This document shows positions 1-11,033 of a stretch of DNA of 64,000 nt, one piece after another. The notes beneath the pieces are model-generated. The model saw only the letters and a list, made by a program, of their open reading frames with translations. It did not search any database and was not told the DNA's origin. The stretch's first letter is position 1. Each line of letters begins with the position of its first letter. Made by a program: the position numbers and the translations under genes. The DNA lies in contig OZ037772.1 in the NCBI GenBank assembly GCA_964035545.1, positions 10,228,818 to 10,292,817 on the forward strand, in the 5' to 3' direction. This DNA comes from Bugula neritina (taxonomy: Eukaryota > Animalia > Bryozoa).

Positions 1-1521
1 TTCAAATGTTATATTCTACTTTAAACCGATAATTAGTTCAATCACAAAGCAAAAATTAAATGGAAAAACTATAAATATTTAGCCATTCAATTCTCAGTTT
101 ATTTTGAAGTTCAATAGACGGCTTTCGTTGGAGCTCAATCTTATTGGTATTGATGTGTTTTTAAAAGGTGTTGCTAACTTATACTAACTTATTATAGAAC
201 AGTAACTATCTGCAGTATCATATTGTATAGCATTGTATTGTATGTTATTGTATAGCATTGTATTGTTTTTTATTGTATAGCATTGCATTGCTTAGCATTG
301 CACTGTTTAGCATTGTATTGTTTAGCATTGTAATGTGCTATAATTTTATTGTCGTGTTGTATTGTGTTGTGAAGCCACCACCTTTATATTATTATTTATT
401 GTGTTTTAATATTATGTATTGTACCAAAACAGTGGAATAGTATGTTTTTATTATTGTATAGTGAACATTAAAGCGTGTAATATCCATGCAAGTAGATTAT
501 ATGATACAACATGTTATATACTGTGTAAAATATGAGCTATATGGTATATTATAATACATAAATAGAATAAGATATACTTTTAAATACATTAATCAGAGTT
601 GCATGATGATCATTAATGCTGAACGTAAAGACATAGTAAAAACTTTTAACTGCACAACCCTGCTAACATAGTTCTATGACATTCACTGTATACTTTTTTA
701 ATTAGAAATACTTATACTTACAATACAACCTCAAATACTTTACTTATACATTCACCTTTTAAAACAAATCTTTCAGTTAAAAATTCCTCTCATTGGAACT
801 GTTGTCATGTTATTTTAAATAAATATATATATGTTGTCTTAGTAAAAATTTTGATAAAAAGTTACAAGCAGGAAAAAAAGGTTGTGTTTTTGTGAAATTA
901 AATTTCCTCACTTCAACAACCTGCTGTATTTTATGCAAACACTATACATATGAACACCTATGTATAACAGGTACAACATGTCACCCAGAACACTTAGATT
1001 GTGTATCACATGGTATAATGTTTGAAATTAAAATCACATTGCAACTAAACAGTGAAAAGATCAATACTTGAGAGACAATAAATTCAACTACCTCGAAATA
1101 AGATAACAAAAACCATTGCCAGCGGAAAAGTGGCAAGTTAAAATATTAAAGTTGTTAGACTAATTATCTGTATCTTAAGATCAATAAAGTATTCTGCTGT
1201 ATCCACACAATCCTCTGAAAGCTACAATAAACTAGTCCTGAATGAAACAGAATCTTCACAAGCAACTCATATGACTAATTGTAAGGAAACTGGAAAATCT
1301 GATTAGGGGGGAGTCATCAATTTCATTTGTGTGTCCAATCAGAATTGTGTATCTGTTCTATAGGTTTAATCATAGCAATCATAGATCTTATTGTGTACAT
1401 AGAAATTTATTGTTTGCTAACTATTGAGATATATTGATTTCTTCCGCACCAATGAAAGAGAGAGTGACTTACTAGTAAAACTTATCAAAATATATTTACT
1501 ATTTATACATTAGTTTAGTAT

Positions 1522-1826
1522 TGTTATAGTTTTCAGATTTAGGGTTGATGTGTCACCAAGAGAGTCTATTTATCACTAGAGAAACTTCACCAGTTAAGTC
1601 GAGTAGATATCGTTATATTTAATACAAGAATACATAATAAAAATCCAATGTACAACAGTAATGATACGCACGTCTATTTAGTTTACAGCACTATCCTCAA
1701 CTGAGCTAGTAGCGCGAAGCGGCTACTATTACTTATAAAACAACCTAGCTAATTGGCTAATACATTGTTCCGGGTCAATACGCAACCTTGCGTATTGTGT
1801 TGCTGGTAGCTCCACGAGCCACCACA
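1522..1826 (-). repeat. 3' LTR (305 bp)
   Basis: Identical to 8624-8928 except one substitution (tttaTcacta vs tttaAcacta); preceded on the minus strand by the PPT. Confidence 0.97.
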
Positions 1827-1837
1827 CTGCCCCCTCC
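1827..1837 (-). other. Polypurine tract
   Basis: Minus strand GGAGGGGGCAG immediately 5' of the 3' LTR. Confidence 0.85.
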
Positions 1838-2097
1838 AGCAGAAAGCCCACTTTCTGATAAAATAAACTCACATAAAAAAACGTATACTTCGGGGGGGGG
1901 GTAAGAGAACAGTATAAAAGTATATACAAAAAAAAACAACAACTGATAAAAAAAATATACAGGTATATATAACGTGCACACTAAGTAATAAGCAAGAGAA
2001 GGTCCTATCTACATGTAGAGTACGTGCCACCATTACGGTAGGGAATGCCACAGAGAGGTAGGGGAATGAGTAGTATGGAGTTGTAGGTAGATTCGAG

Positions 2098-3171
2098 TTA
2101 ACTGCGGGCCGCACGCTTCATGCGTTTAATAGACTCCTGTAAGTATTTGAGTTCACTGGATGCTGCCTGTACCCGTGGGGCCAGCCTGTACACTTCTTGC
2201 TCCAAGTCATGCGCCCTAGCTTCTACCTCACGTAGGTTACGGGCCCAGGGGGACGAGCGAGAGGAAGTTGGTTGCCTGTGTCGTTTCCGCTCTGAGGATG
2301 GAAGAGGAGGAGGGAGTGTATACGCATTTGTGTCTACTCTCTGTAGTACGACACGAGGAAAGGTATGCGGCATGCGTATAGGACTGTGAGGTGGAGAGTT
2401 AGCAGACTGTGTAGGTTTATCTGCGGCTCCAGAGATGATGGGTAGCGGGGAAGGGAAGCCTTGCTCCAGGCGAGATAGCCGAGCTGAGTCAGTGATGAGT
2501 GGTTTGATGGCGTTGAGAAAAGCAGGATAGGATGATTCGTCTACTTCATAGACATGCCCTTGATAACACTGCATAGTACGTTGGTGCCGCAACAGGTAGT
2601 CACGATTGTAGCTATATTCTCCGCAAGGGCAGAAAGTGGTGATGTAGTGTTGCGGCAAGTGTACTTTTAGTCTGCGGTGGGTCGTGAATCGCTGTTGGCA
2701 GAGGTTGCATTCACGATTACCCTCACCTCCTTGATGGGTCCTGATCTCTCTCTCTGTGGCAGGGGTAATCCAGTTGGAGGTTGCTTCCAACTGGGGTGGC
2801 AGTTTCCTGGTGGTAGAAGTTGTTGGGGCCGGCTCTGAGTCCCACGCCATCTCTAGAGAAGGCATGCCCGGAGAGACGGGCGCGAGTGTGTCTACAAAAG
2901 TAGAATTAGTGTTAGATCGCGGTGGATCTTTACAACCTAATTCTAGTGACTGTCGACCGTTGCTAGCCTGAGAGTCACTGCTTTTGGAATGCACTCGAGG
3001 AACTGATGAATCATGTGTGGACTGACCAAGAACAGTGTCTAGCTCCAGGTCTAACAGACCATCGGCCATTACAGTGTCTTCATCGTCATTCACATGAAAC
3101 GTGGTTCCCAGTAATTCTGATTCAATCTGCTGAATTAGTTCAGAATCTACTGGCATCGAGCCCGTTTCCAT
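2098..3171 (-). CDS. Retrotransposon ORF3, 357 aa: acidic N-terminus, C2H2 plus C2HC-like zinc fingers, basic patch, C-terminal coiled coil
   Basis: Intact ORF between the pol stop and the PPT. Motifs: CNLC-x3-F-x5-L-x2-H-x3-H, CPC-x12-H-x5-C, RKRHR, heptad-like LREVEARAHDLEQEVYRL...LQESIKRMK. No signal peptide or TM segment visible. Confidence 0.85.
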   Translation of the reverse strand: METGSMPVDSELIQQIESELLGTTFHVNDDEDTVMADGLLDLELDTVLGQSTHDSSVPRVHSKSSDSQASNGRQSLELGCKDPPRSNTNSTFVDTLAPVSPGMPSLEMAWDSEPAPTTSTTRKLPPQLEATSNWITPATEREIRTHQGGEGNRECNLCQQRFTTHRRLKVHLPQHYITTFCPCGEYSYNRDYLLRHQRTMQCYQGHVYEVDESSYPAFLNAIKPLITDSARLSRLEQGFPSPLPIISGAADKPTQSANSPPHSPIRMPHTFPRVVLQRVDTNAYTLPPPLPSSERKRHRQPTSSRSSPWARNLREVEARAHDLEQEVYRLAPRVQAASSELKYLQESIKRMKRAARS

Positions 3172-3188
3172 GAATAGGAATACAAGAC

Positions 3189-6100
3189 TTATACTGGCTT
3201 ACCTGGGAACTCGGTATTAATGTCCATACTCAACGTTCTTGGTAAGGTTGGAGCTGGTTGTGAGATACGTCTGCCTTTGGCGATGTCAGCATAAGAAAAG
3301 GCTGAGCATCGTTTCTGAGGCACGAGGTCGGAACTATTTGCTTTACGCGCATTAATTCCTCCCACTATTCCGCCCTCGCAAAAGTTGATATTTGCGTGGG
3401 GTTCACAACTCCAACATTTCATCGTACGGTTTTCCCCTAGACTTTCATGTGCGCCGCTTCTAATGCAGTCACATATGAAGTCTTTCAAATACGGTGGGGG
3501 CTTCCTCGTACGCTGTCCCCTCTCTAGGGGGGGTGACACACTTGCCGGTTCGTTAGTAGGGGCCTCTAATGGCGTCTCTACTTCACCGTTAGTGGTCACC
3601 TCTTCTTGTTCTCCGGATGGAGCCCCTCCCTCCGTGGGGGTTTGCACTTCCGGAACCGGCTCGGTTTCTGGAAGTGATGGAATTAGACTTGGCGGTGGCG
3701 GACACGCTTCTGTTGACAAAAGCTGCCGCTCCTCTCTCACCAAGTTTTCTTCCCGCGGTATGACCACTTCGTATTCAGGTCCATGCCGCCGTCGCCCGCG
3801 CGTCGTTGTCTGCCTCCTGGGCTCTAACAACGGGGGGGCTTCTCCCACTCCGTCAGGGCTAGCCCAATACGGTTTCAAGCGAGACTCATTTTGGATAGAC
3901 ACCTGTCCTGAGCGCTCAATCTTGTACGTATGATTGGGCATAGCCTCGACGACCACGTAGGGGCCTACGAACTTAGGCTTCAGCTTATCAGCCTGTCCGC
4001 GGCGCCTACGGTAATTGACCATCCACACCTTATCTCCTCTTTGATAGAGGGGTGGTTCATCGGAATCTTCGTGCCGCACCTTCCACTGCTGTTGGCGCAG
4101 TATCTCGTGTGCGGCCTTCATCCGTTCCACTAGTTCACTGGCATACTCATGGACTGAGTTATCCTGCTCTGGAATGTGATAGGTGAGATGGTCAGGGACA
4201 CGAGTCTCTCTCCCGAGCATCAAGAGGTTTGGGGTCTCACCAGTACTGGTGTGTGGGGTGCTACGGTATGCACGCATGACTTGCGGCAACACCGTATCCC
4301 ATTCCTCTTGACCTCGTCCAAGGAGGAGACTCCGGAGCGCATCACCTAGCATCCGGTTGTTGCGCTCCACCACCCCGTTACCTTGAGGGTGGTAGGGGGT
4401 GGTCCTGCTCTGATTTACTCCCCAGAGGTGGCAAAGGTCGCTCATCAGTTGAGACTGGAATTGAGCGCCTTGATCAGAGTGTATCTGTTCGGGAAGCCCA
4501 AAATAACAGAATACATGTTGGTCTAGTGCCCTGGCCACTGTTGGGGCTGATGCATCTGGGATAGCCAGAGCATCCGCCCACCTAGTAAAGTGGTCGGTTA
4601 GTACTAGGATCCAATTATTGCCTCTGGGGGTCAGGGGCATGGGTCCGACCAGGTCTACAGCGACCACTTGCCAGGGCCTACCAGCATATAGCCTCCGCCG
4701 TCCTGCTTCACCAGGGGGGCGGCTATGCTTACTGGCCTGGCAGATCTCACACTGTTTGACTCTGAGCCGGACGTCACGCTCCATCTGCGGCCAATACCAC
4801 CGGAGTCGTAATTTGGATATCACTCGCTTGACCCCTGCGTGAGCCTGCTTGTGAGTATCCCAAATCAACTCACGGCGGATGGCTGTGGGGCAGACTACCC
4901 TCTTCCTTTCCGGGTGTCTGCCGCTGGCAGCTAGCGAGATGGTTAGCAACCCATCCTGCCCGATCCGCAGCGAGTCCCAACGCTGACAGTATAGCCGGAA
5001 CTCGGCGCATCCCTGTCGTATGCGTTCCTCGCTGGGTCGTCGCCCTTCCCTTTTGGCCCGGTAGATGTCTGCCACGACTCCCGGCAGCTCTTCTTGGAGC
5101 TTCTTCAGCTCTCGAACATTACCGGCCAGTACAGGGTTGGCGCGGAGGTTTTGTACATCCTCCGGGGACTCATCAACTCTTTGCCTGAGTTGACCTTGAT
5201 CCCAGTCAAACGGTGCTCCGTGATGAGCCAGCGTCTCCAACTCGCATCGTGGGGGACCTCCATCCCTCCTCTCGATGTTGAGACACTGTTTGCAACCTCC
5301 GTCAGGTCGGCGACTCAACCCATCTGCATTGCTGTGTCTCTTGCCCGGTCGGTGTTCGATCCGGTACGAGAATTCAGCTAGGATTTCGAGCCACCGGGCG
5401 ACCTGACTGGAGGGCTCTGCTCTCCTGCACAACCAGATCAGCGAGGCATGATCCGTACGCAGCCGGAACTTCCTGCCATATAGGTATGGTCTGAAGTGCT
5501 TCACTGACTTGATTACTGCCAGCAGCTCCTTGCGGGTAGTGCAGTAATTTCGTTCAGCGGGAGAGAGAGACTTGCTGTAGTAGGCTACTACTACTTCTCG
5601 GCCTTCCTGCACTTGCGACAGCACAGCGCCAACATTCTGGTCACTGGCGTCTGTGTCTAGGATGTACTCCAGAGTGGGGTCTGGGTAGGCCAAGATGGGC
5701 GCCGTTAGGAGGCAGCCCTTGAGGCGGTCGAACGCTTCTTGTTCGACTGGAGTCCACTGCCACGTCACTCCCTTTGCGGTAAGCCGGTTTAACGGCTGGG
5801 CTATGCCCGCAAAGTCTGGTATGTATTGCCTGTAATACCCTACCAGCCCCAAGAAAGCCCGGAGTCCGGTCAAGTCTTGGGGGGTGACCCAGTCTTCTAC
5901 TGCCCGTACCTTTTCGGGATCCGTTGCCACGCCGTTTCGACCGACAACGTGCCCCAGGTACTTGACCTCCGGCTGCAATAGAGCGCACTTGGAAGGTTTG
6001 AGCTTAAGACCGGCACCTCGGAGTCTCTCGAAAACCTCCTGCAGACGACTGACATGTGTCTCGAAGTCTGGAGAGATTACGATGACATCATCGAGGTAGA

Positions 6101-7774
6101 CCAGCAGTGTCTTCCAATGGAGTCCGCTAAGGACTTGTTCCATCAGCCTCTGGAAGGTGGCTGGGGCGGAGGTTAACCCGAAGGGCAGCACCTTCCACTT
6201 CCACAAACCGTCCCGTGTGATAAACGCCGCTTTCTCCTGGGCGTCGGGACTCAGAGGAACCTGCCAATAGCCGCTTAGCAAGTCTAACGTACTGAAGTAC
6301 TTGCTGCCGGCTAGGGCGTCCAATGACTCGTCAATACGAGGTAGAGGGTAGGCGTCCTGTATGGTTACGCTATTGAGTTTGCGGTAGTCCACACAGAACC
6401 GCCAACTGCACTATGGGCGGGCTCTATCAGTCCCCGGTCCAGAAGATCCCGTACTTGTCGGCTAACCTCCTTCTCTTTCTCCGGCCCCAGCCTGCGCGTG
6501 GGCTGCCGGACAGGGACTGTCCCTGCAGTCAGCGGTATTTCGTGTCTGACAATTCCAGTCAGTCCCACGTCATTCTCCCCGCTGCTGAACACATCACCGT
6601 AGTCGCGTAGTAACTTGGCCATAGCTTGGCGTTCTCTGTTACTCGCGCAGCCGCCACTGGCTGTTTCGTATAACTCCCGGAGATGTGTCGGGACTGCCCC
6701 TCGTCCCTGAATAGGGTGTCGAGGGGGTGCCTCCGTCGCGTCACCCAGCGACGGGCCCACGTCCTCTTCCTGGACGGAATGGAACCGGCCCAGCATTGAC
6801 CCAGCTGGGAGTTCAATGGGCTCGGTAAAGGGGTTGACGCACTGCACTAAGACCTCCCCTCGCTCAGTTAGTCGGTTTAAACTACTGGCGAGTTGGATCT
6901 TTTCGTGCGCGCTTTCAACGACCCCGAGCCTGGCTATCCGGTTGCTGTTCACTCGGCAGTGGATAGTAGCTCTGGAGCGTCCGGGTACGGTGCAGTTCCG
7001 AACTACCTGAACACCGCCCACCAGAGGACGCCCAAACTTATCCACACAGGCGAGTTCTCGCCTGCCCATCAGCACCACCGACTTACTAAAATCTATTCGG
7101 CACTGGTGTTGCTTCAAGAAGGGCATGCCGAGGATAGCATCTTCCTCCAGTTGACCTATGATAAAGGTCTCTTGTACAGCCTGATCTCGGACACGCCCAG
7201 GGAGCTCGATAATACCATAAAAGGGGATACATGACCCGTCTGCCAGGGTGCCATGTTTTCCAGTATACGGTCGTACTCTATCCCTGTCCCGGCGGGGCAG
7301 TGCCTCAAAGACTCTACGGCTGAGAAGGTTGGTAGTACAACCGGAGTCGAGCAGGAAAGTGACGGCGTTGCCGGCCACCTTTCCGGGTAGGAAGTAGCTC
7401 TCTCCATGTGGTTGTACTTTCACCCCCCCCGCATGTGCTGTCCTGGTTTGACAGGACGGCGGGGGTTCCACCCGTGGTTTACGGGGCTTCCGGCGGCGAG
7501 GTTGGTGCCGGCGGGGTTTGGGCCTCTCCACTGGGCCTTTTGGCTCCATTTCAGTGGCGGGCTCCTCCTCCCGAGGTAACCGGTGAAACCGGTTAGCGAG
7601 TGGCAGGGAAAAGGTACTGGGCCGTTGTGCGGGCCTACTAGTCCTGCGTGGTACCTGCCACTCGGGTAGAATGTTCCGCCGGGTCCGTACGGACAGACGA
7701 CGGCGTGTTCCACCATACTCCTTTAGTTGCGGCCCGCGGGGAGGGAGAGTGTCCGCGGGCCGTGACAGTTTAAC
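3189..7774 (-). pseudogene. pol: Gypsy pol (protease, RT, RNase H, integrase with GPY/F), broken by a frameshifting deletion at about 6407/6408
   Basis: Motifs LLDSGCT (PR), YLDD (RT), TDAS and TDH (RH), HKQAH...CEIC plus VDLVGP/SDQG/VERNN (INT), KFVGPY. The protease frame is open upstream of the annotated Met to beyond the gag stop. The sequence reads IEPAHSA|SWRFCVDYRKLN across a frame change, missing the usual WSSPVVLV.KKDG segment. Confidence 0.9.
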
Positions 7775-8589
7775 GCCCCCTGGTATTGGGGTCGTCCTTT
7801 CTGTCCCTGGTCCTGATCAGCGCTACTCCAGCCTTGCCCCACAGGTGTTGGGGGCATCCGCAAGGCCTGACCGGGGCCAGCACCGGCCAGAATGGTCACC
7901 AATTGTCCCAGCATCTCTACCATACGGTCCACTTCGGCTTCCAGTGGGAGGGCTTCGGAGCTTGTCGTAGCCCGAGCAGCGCTGACTCCAACTACTGGTG
8001 GGTTCCGTTGTGCTCGATGCATTTGGGTAGCCAACAGGTAAGCTTCTCCAGCCTCCAGGGCATCCTCTATTCTGGTTATCCCTTTAGCTCGTAGGTGATG
8101 GTCTAGGCCCAGGTCGTTTAGGGACTGGACAAAGGCGTCATAGGTGTAACGCTCTTGGTGTTGTGCTGGCAGATCGCTATATGCAATCTGCGCCAGCTTC
8201 TTCACCGTCGCGGCATGTTCTTGTAGCGAGGTCCGCGGGGTGCGGCACAATCTCTCCAGCTTGGTCCTGGCGTCTATGACGGAGGTGCCAAAACGGGCCC
8301 GCAGCGCAGCCAGTATGCCGTCTACGTCCGTTCCCACTCCGTACGGCTTGGCTTGCTCCGTCACCGCCCTCCGCAATTTGATAAGGGCCACTCTATGCGG
8401 CCATTGAGCAACTTCCATTACCTCTCTAAATTCTTGTATAAATTGTTCGACATCTTCCGACCCAGTAAAGGTGGGAGCTTTCAAGCAATGTCTATAAGCT
8501 TCTTCTCCTTCACGATTCACAGGATTAACAGCATTTCTACGCTCACCTTCTACTGGGGGTGGTTGCATTCTAGCATGTTCAGTCTCCAT
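7723..8589 (-). CDS. gag: Gypsy gag-like capsid protein (288 aa from first ATG)
   Basis: First ORF after the PBS; PTFTGSEDVEQFIQEF and ALRARFG resemble retrotransposon capsid motifs; no clear CCHC knuckle. Confidence 0.85.
   Translation of the reverse strand: METEHARMQPPPVEGERRNAVNPVNREGEEAYRHCLKAPTFTGSEDVEQFIQEFREVMEVAQWPHRVALIKLRRAVTEQAKPYGVGTDVDGILAALRARFGTSVIDARTKLERLCRTPRTSLQEHAATVKKLAQIAYSDLPAQHQERYTYDAFVQSLNDLGLDHHLRAKGITRIEDALEAGEAYLLATQMHRAQRNPPVVGVSAARATTSSEALPLEAEVDRMVEMLGQLVTILAGAGPGQALRMPPTPVGQGWSSADQDQGQKGRPQYQGALNCHGPRTLSLPAGRN
7730..7774 (-). promoter_or_regulatory. Candidate -1 programmed ribosomal frameshift signal
   Basis: G_UUA_AAC (7774-7768) in gag frame, 5-nt spacer, then a perfect 10-bp stem CGGCCCGCGG/CCGCGGGCCG with a 13-nt loop; pol is in the -1 frame. 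Confidence 0.8.
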
Positions 8590-8604
8590 CTTTGATATAC
8601 ACAA

Positions 8605-8622
8605 ATCCCACTGCTGCCACCA
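8605..8622 (-). other. Primer-binding site (tRNA-Leu-like)
   Basis: TGGTGGCAGCAGTGGGAT, 1 nt after the 5' LTR; complementary to a tRNA-Leu-type 3' end (ATCCCACYGCTGCCA-CCA). Confidence 0.8.
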
Positions 8623-8623
8623 C

Positions 8624-8928
8624 TGTTATAGTTTTCAGATTTAGGGTTGATGTGTCACCAAGAGAGTCTATTTAACACTAGAGAAACTTCACCAGTTAAG
8701 TCGAGTAGATATCGTTATATTTAATACAAGAATACATAATAAAAATCCAATGTACAACAGTAATGATACGCACGTCTATTTAGTTTACAGCACTATCCTC
8801 AACTGAGCTAGTAGCGCGAAGCGGCTACTATTACTTATAAAACAACCTAGCTAATTGGCTAATACATTGTTCCGGGTCAATACGCAACCTTGCGTATTGT
8901 GTTGCTGGTAGCTCCACGAGCCACCACA
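8624..8928 (-). repeat. 5' LTR (305 bp)
   Basis: Direct repeat of 1522-1826; minus strand contains CCAAT, a TATA-like TTTATAA and ATTAAA. Confidence 0.97.
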
Positions 8929-10277
8929 GTATTACTAACATGTGACCAGCTCTACAAAGTGTTGCTTGTAAATGTTGAGTTAAAATAAATTAATATTGTA
9001 GCAGATGTAGCATGTGATAATGTCGATTATTAAAGAATAAAGACAGAACATTTCTCCTAATAAATTTCTATAACTACTCAGACTAAAGATAGTTCTTTTC
9101 AACTGCTTAAACAGCTGTCTTGTATAATATTATAATGAAATAACACAACACAGTATACATATACAACTCTATAATTACTAGTAACTAAAATATGATTTGT
9201 ACAATGTTTACTATAACAAAGATGGAACGTTACAAGAGGCACACAAAGGTTATAATAAAGCCTTAAATTTTATATATAATATGGTTTGCAGAACTTGATA
9301 TATAGCATGTCAGTTTTGTTGTTGTTGCTGCATGGAAATCAGTTTGATTTTGTAAAAATGTTTAAAGAGTTTTGGTGAACAGAATGTGATGGTTGACAAA
9401 GCTTTATCTAAATTTGTTTCTTGTGCAAAACAAGCACTGTTTTGGCTTTAATATTTCTGCTTTTATTATATAAATTTAAATCATAAATAACGATCACTTA
9501 CTGAAAAAGAATATCTCTGTATGCCCAATACTTAGTAGATAGAAGTCGTTTTGCTTTTTCACCAAATGAAGGGTAATTCAGCTTTGTAGAAATATCAGCT
9601 GCCATATCTTTTGTAGCAAGAGCTTTTTAGTGAAAGTTTTAATTCCAGCTTACAATACCATTTAATAGTACATTGTATAATAAGCTTGAGAAGAGAAGGC
9701 AAGTTAAGCTGCACTCAAATTATTAGTGGCGATAATCTCTAGGAAATAAGCTTTTCTTTTGTATTAAGATAGTTTCCACATAGTTTTATAAAATGGAGTT
9801 TTTGCAGAGTACTAAAACAGTTTATACTAAATGAAAATTGATTGTTTATGAACTACTGACAAATTCCTATTCGTAACATGTCCAATGGATGTGTGATATT
9901 TTTCTAAAAGGTGAAAACAAAATAATTACAGAGTATTCAAAGTAAAACGGGATAAAATTTTGGATTTCTCTTTATTAATTGCCAAATAAAAGGCAATTTT
10001 ATTTTTAACAAAGGCACTGCATATTGTAAGGGAATAATGTGCTATTTCTTGTTACTATAATAACTCCATATCATAACTGAAAACAACTTCACAGCATGTC
10101 ACATCTCAATCTAACAAAGCAATCTGTTCATAGTAATAACAAAATCTAATGCATTGGTAAGTTCTAAGACAACAAACATAGACACAATTAATTTGGCTGG
10201 ATAATTGCAAATAAAATTTTATAGTCAGTATAAAAAATAATAGGAAATTTAAAGAAAATTTTGCAAATTTAAAGTAC

Positions 10278-10280
<3 letters not shown>

Positions 10281-10334
<54 letters not shown>
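10281..10334. repeat. (TA)n microsatellite
   Basis: Pure TA run; only about 4 units at paralogous sites (e.g. about 20884, 39074, 49154). Confidence 0.95.
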
Positions 10335-10337
<3 letters not shown>

Positions 10338-11033
10338 GCCACCACCAACAAAAACTTTATAGCCTATAAAGTTTACTGATTAATTATAGAAATAAATTGT
10401 ATATAATTGATATAACGCACAGTAACCTGGATTTTCCGGTATATAATGCACCAGTAAAAGAAATTGAGTGAAAATAATGAATTAAAAATAGTGCTTGTAA
10501 AGTTTAGTGGTTATGACTTGTCTAGTAGTCTACTGTAAAGTAGGAAGTTAAACATGCAGACGTCTATAGTGAAGTGAACTGACTTAGTTGACTCATTAAA
10601 GCAGTGATGTACTGGGAAGGTAGCTCCTTATGTATGACTCAACATGATGTTTTCTACAAAGCATAGCAGGGATGTCTAGTATATAACTGACATGTTATAA
10701 TAATATAATGCTATGAGACATTAGTATACAGTGTATGCATTGTAAACTGTTGCTTTATAATTTAACTTTTGATTGATAACTAATCAGGGGAGATAACTGG
10801 TAACAATGTGCACACTACTATATAGTTAACCAACAATATTATCATAATACTATACAAATTCATAATATTTCTATGCAATAAAATGCAATGCAACACAAAA
10901 TATTATACAACAAGATGCAATGTAAAACTATTCAATACAAAGCAGCATTAGAAACATGAATTAGTAAGGCACTCAGTACCTCTCACAACATTTACTGACC
11001 TTTATTAGAGTATCCCAGTCATTTAGTTCACCT

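Larger units (their letters stand above)
1522..8928 (-). mobile_element. Ty3/Gypsy LTR retrotransposon with both LTRs (gag, PR-RT-RH-INT pol, extra ORF3); pol disrupted
   Basis: Two 305-bp direct repeats with TG...CA ends. GTAT duplicated at 1518-1521 and 8929-8932; empty site tttagtttagtattactaac seen in the paralogous region near 47622-47641. Domain order PR-RT-RNaseH-INT; interior visibly GC-richer than host. Confidence 0.97.

Noticed and set aside
258-440. Hydrophobic 60-aa ORF
   Set aside because: Arises from a degenerate (ATTGT/GCATT) simple repeat.
2098-3171. ORF3 as an env gene
   Set aside because: No signal peptide or transmembrane segment; zinc-finger motifs instead.
3385-8595. 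Plus-strand and alternate-frame ORFs within the retrotransposon
   Set aside because: Expected shadow ORFs of GC-rich coding sequence; no motifs.
10106-10351. 81-aa ORF with YI repeats
   Set aside because: Translation of (TA)n.
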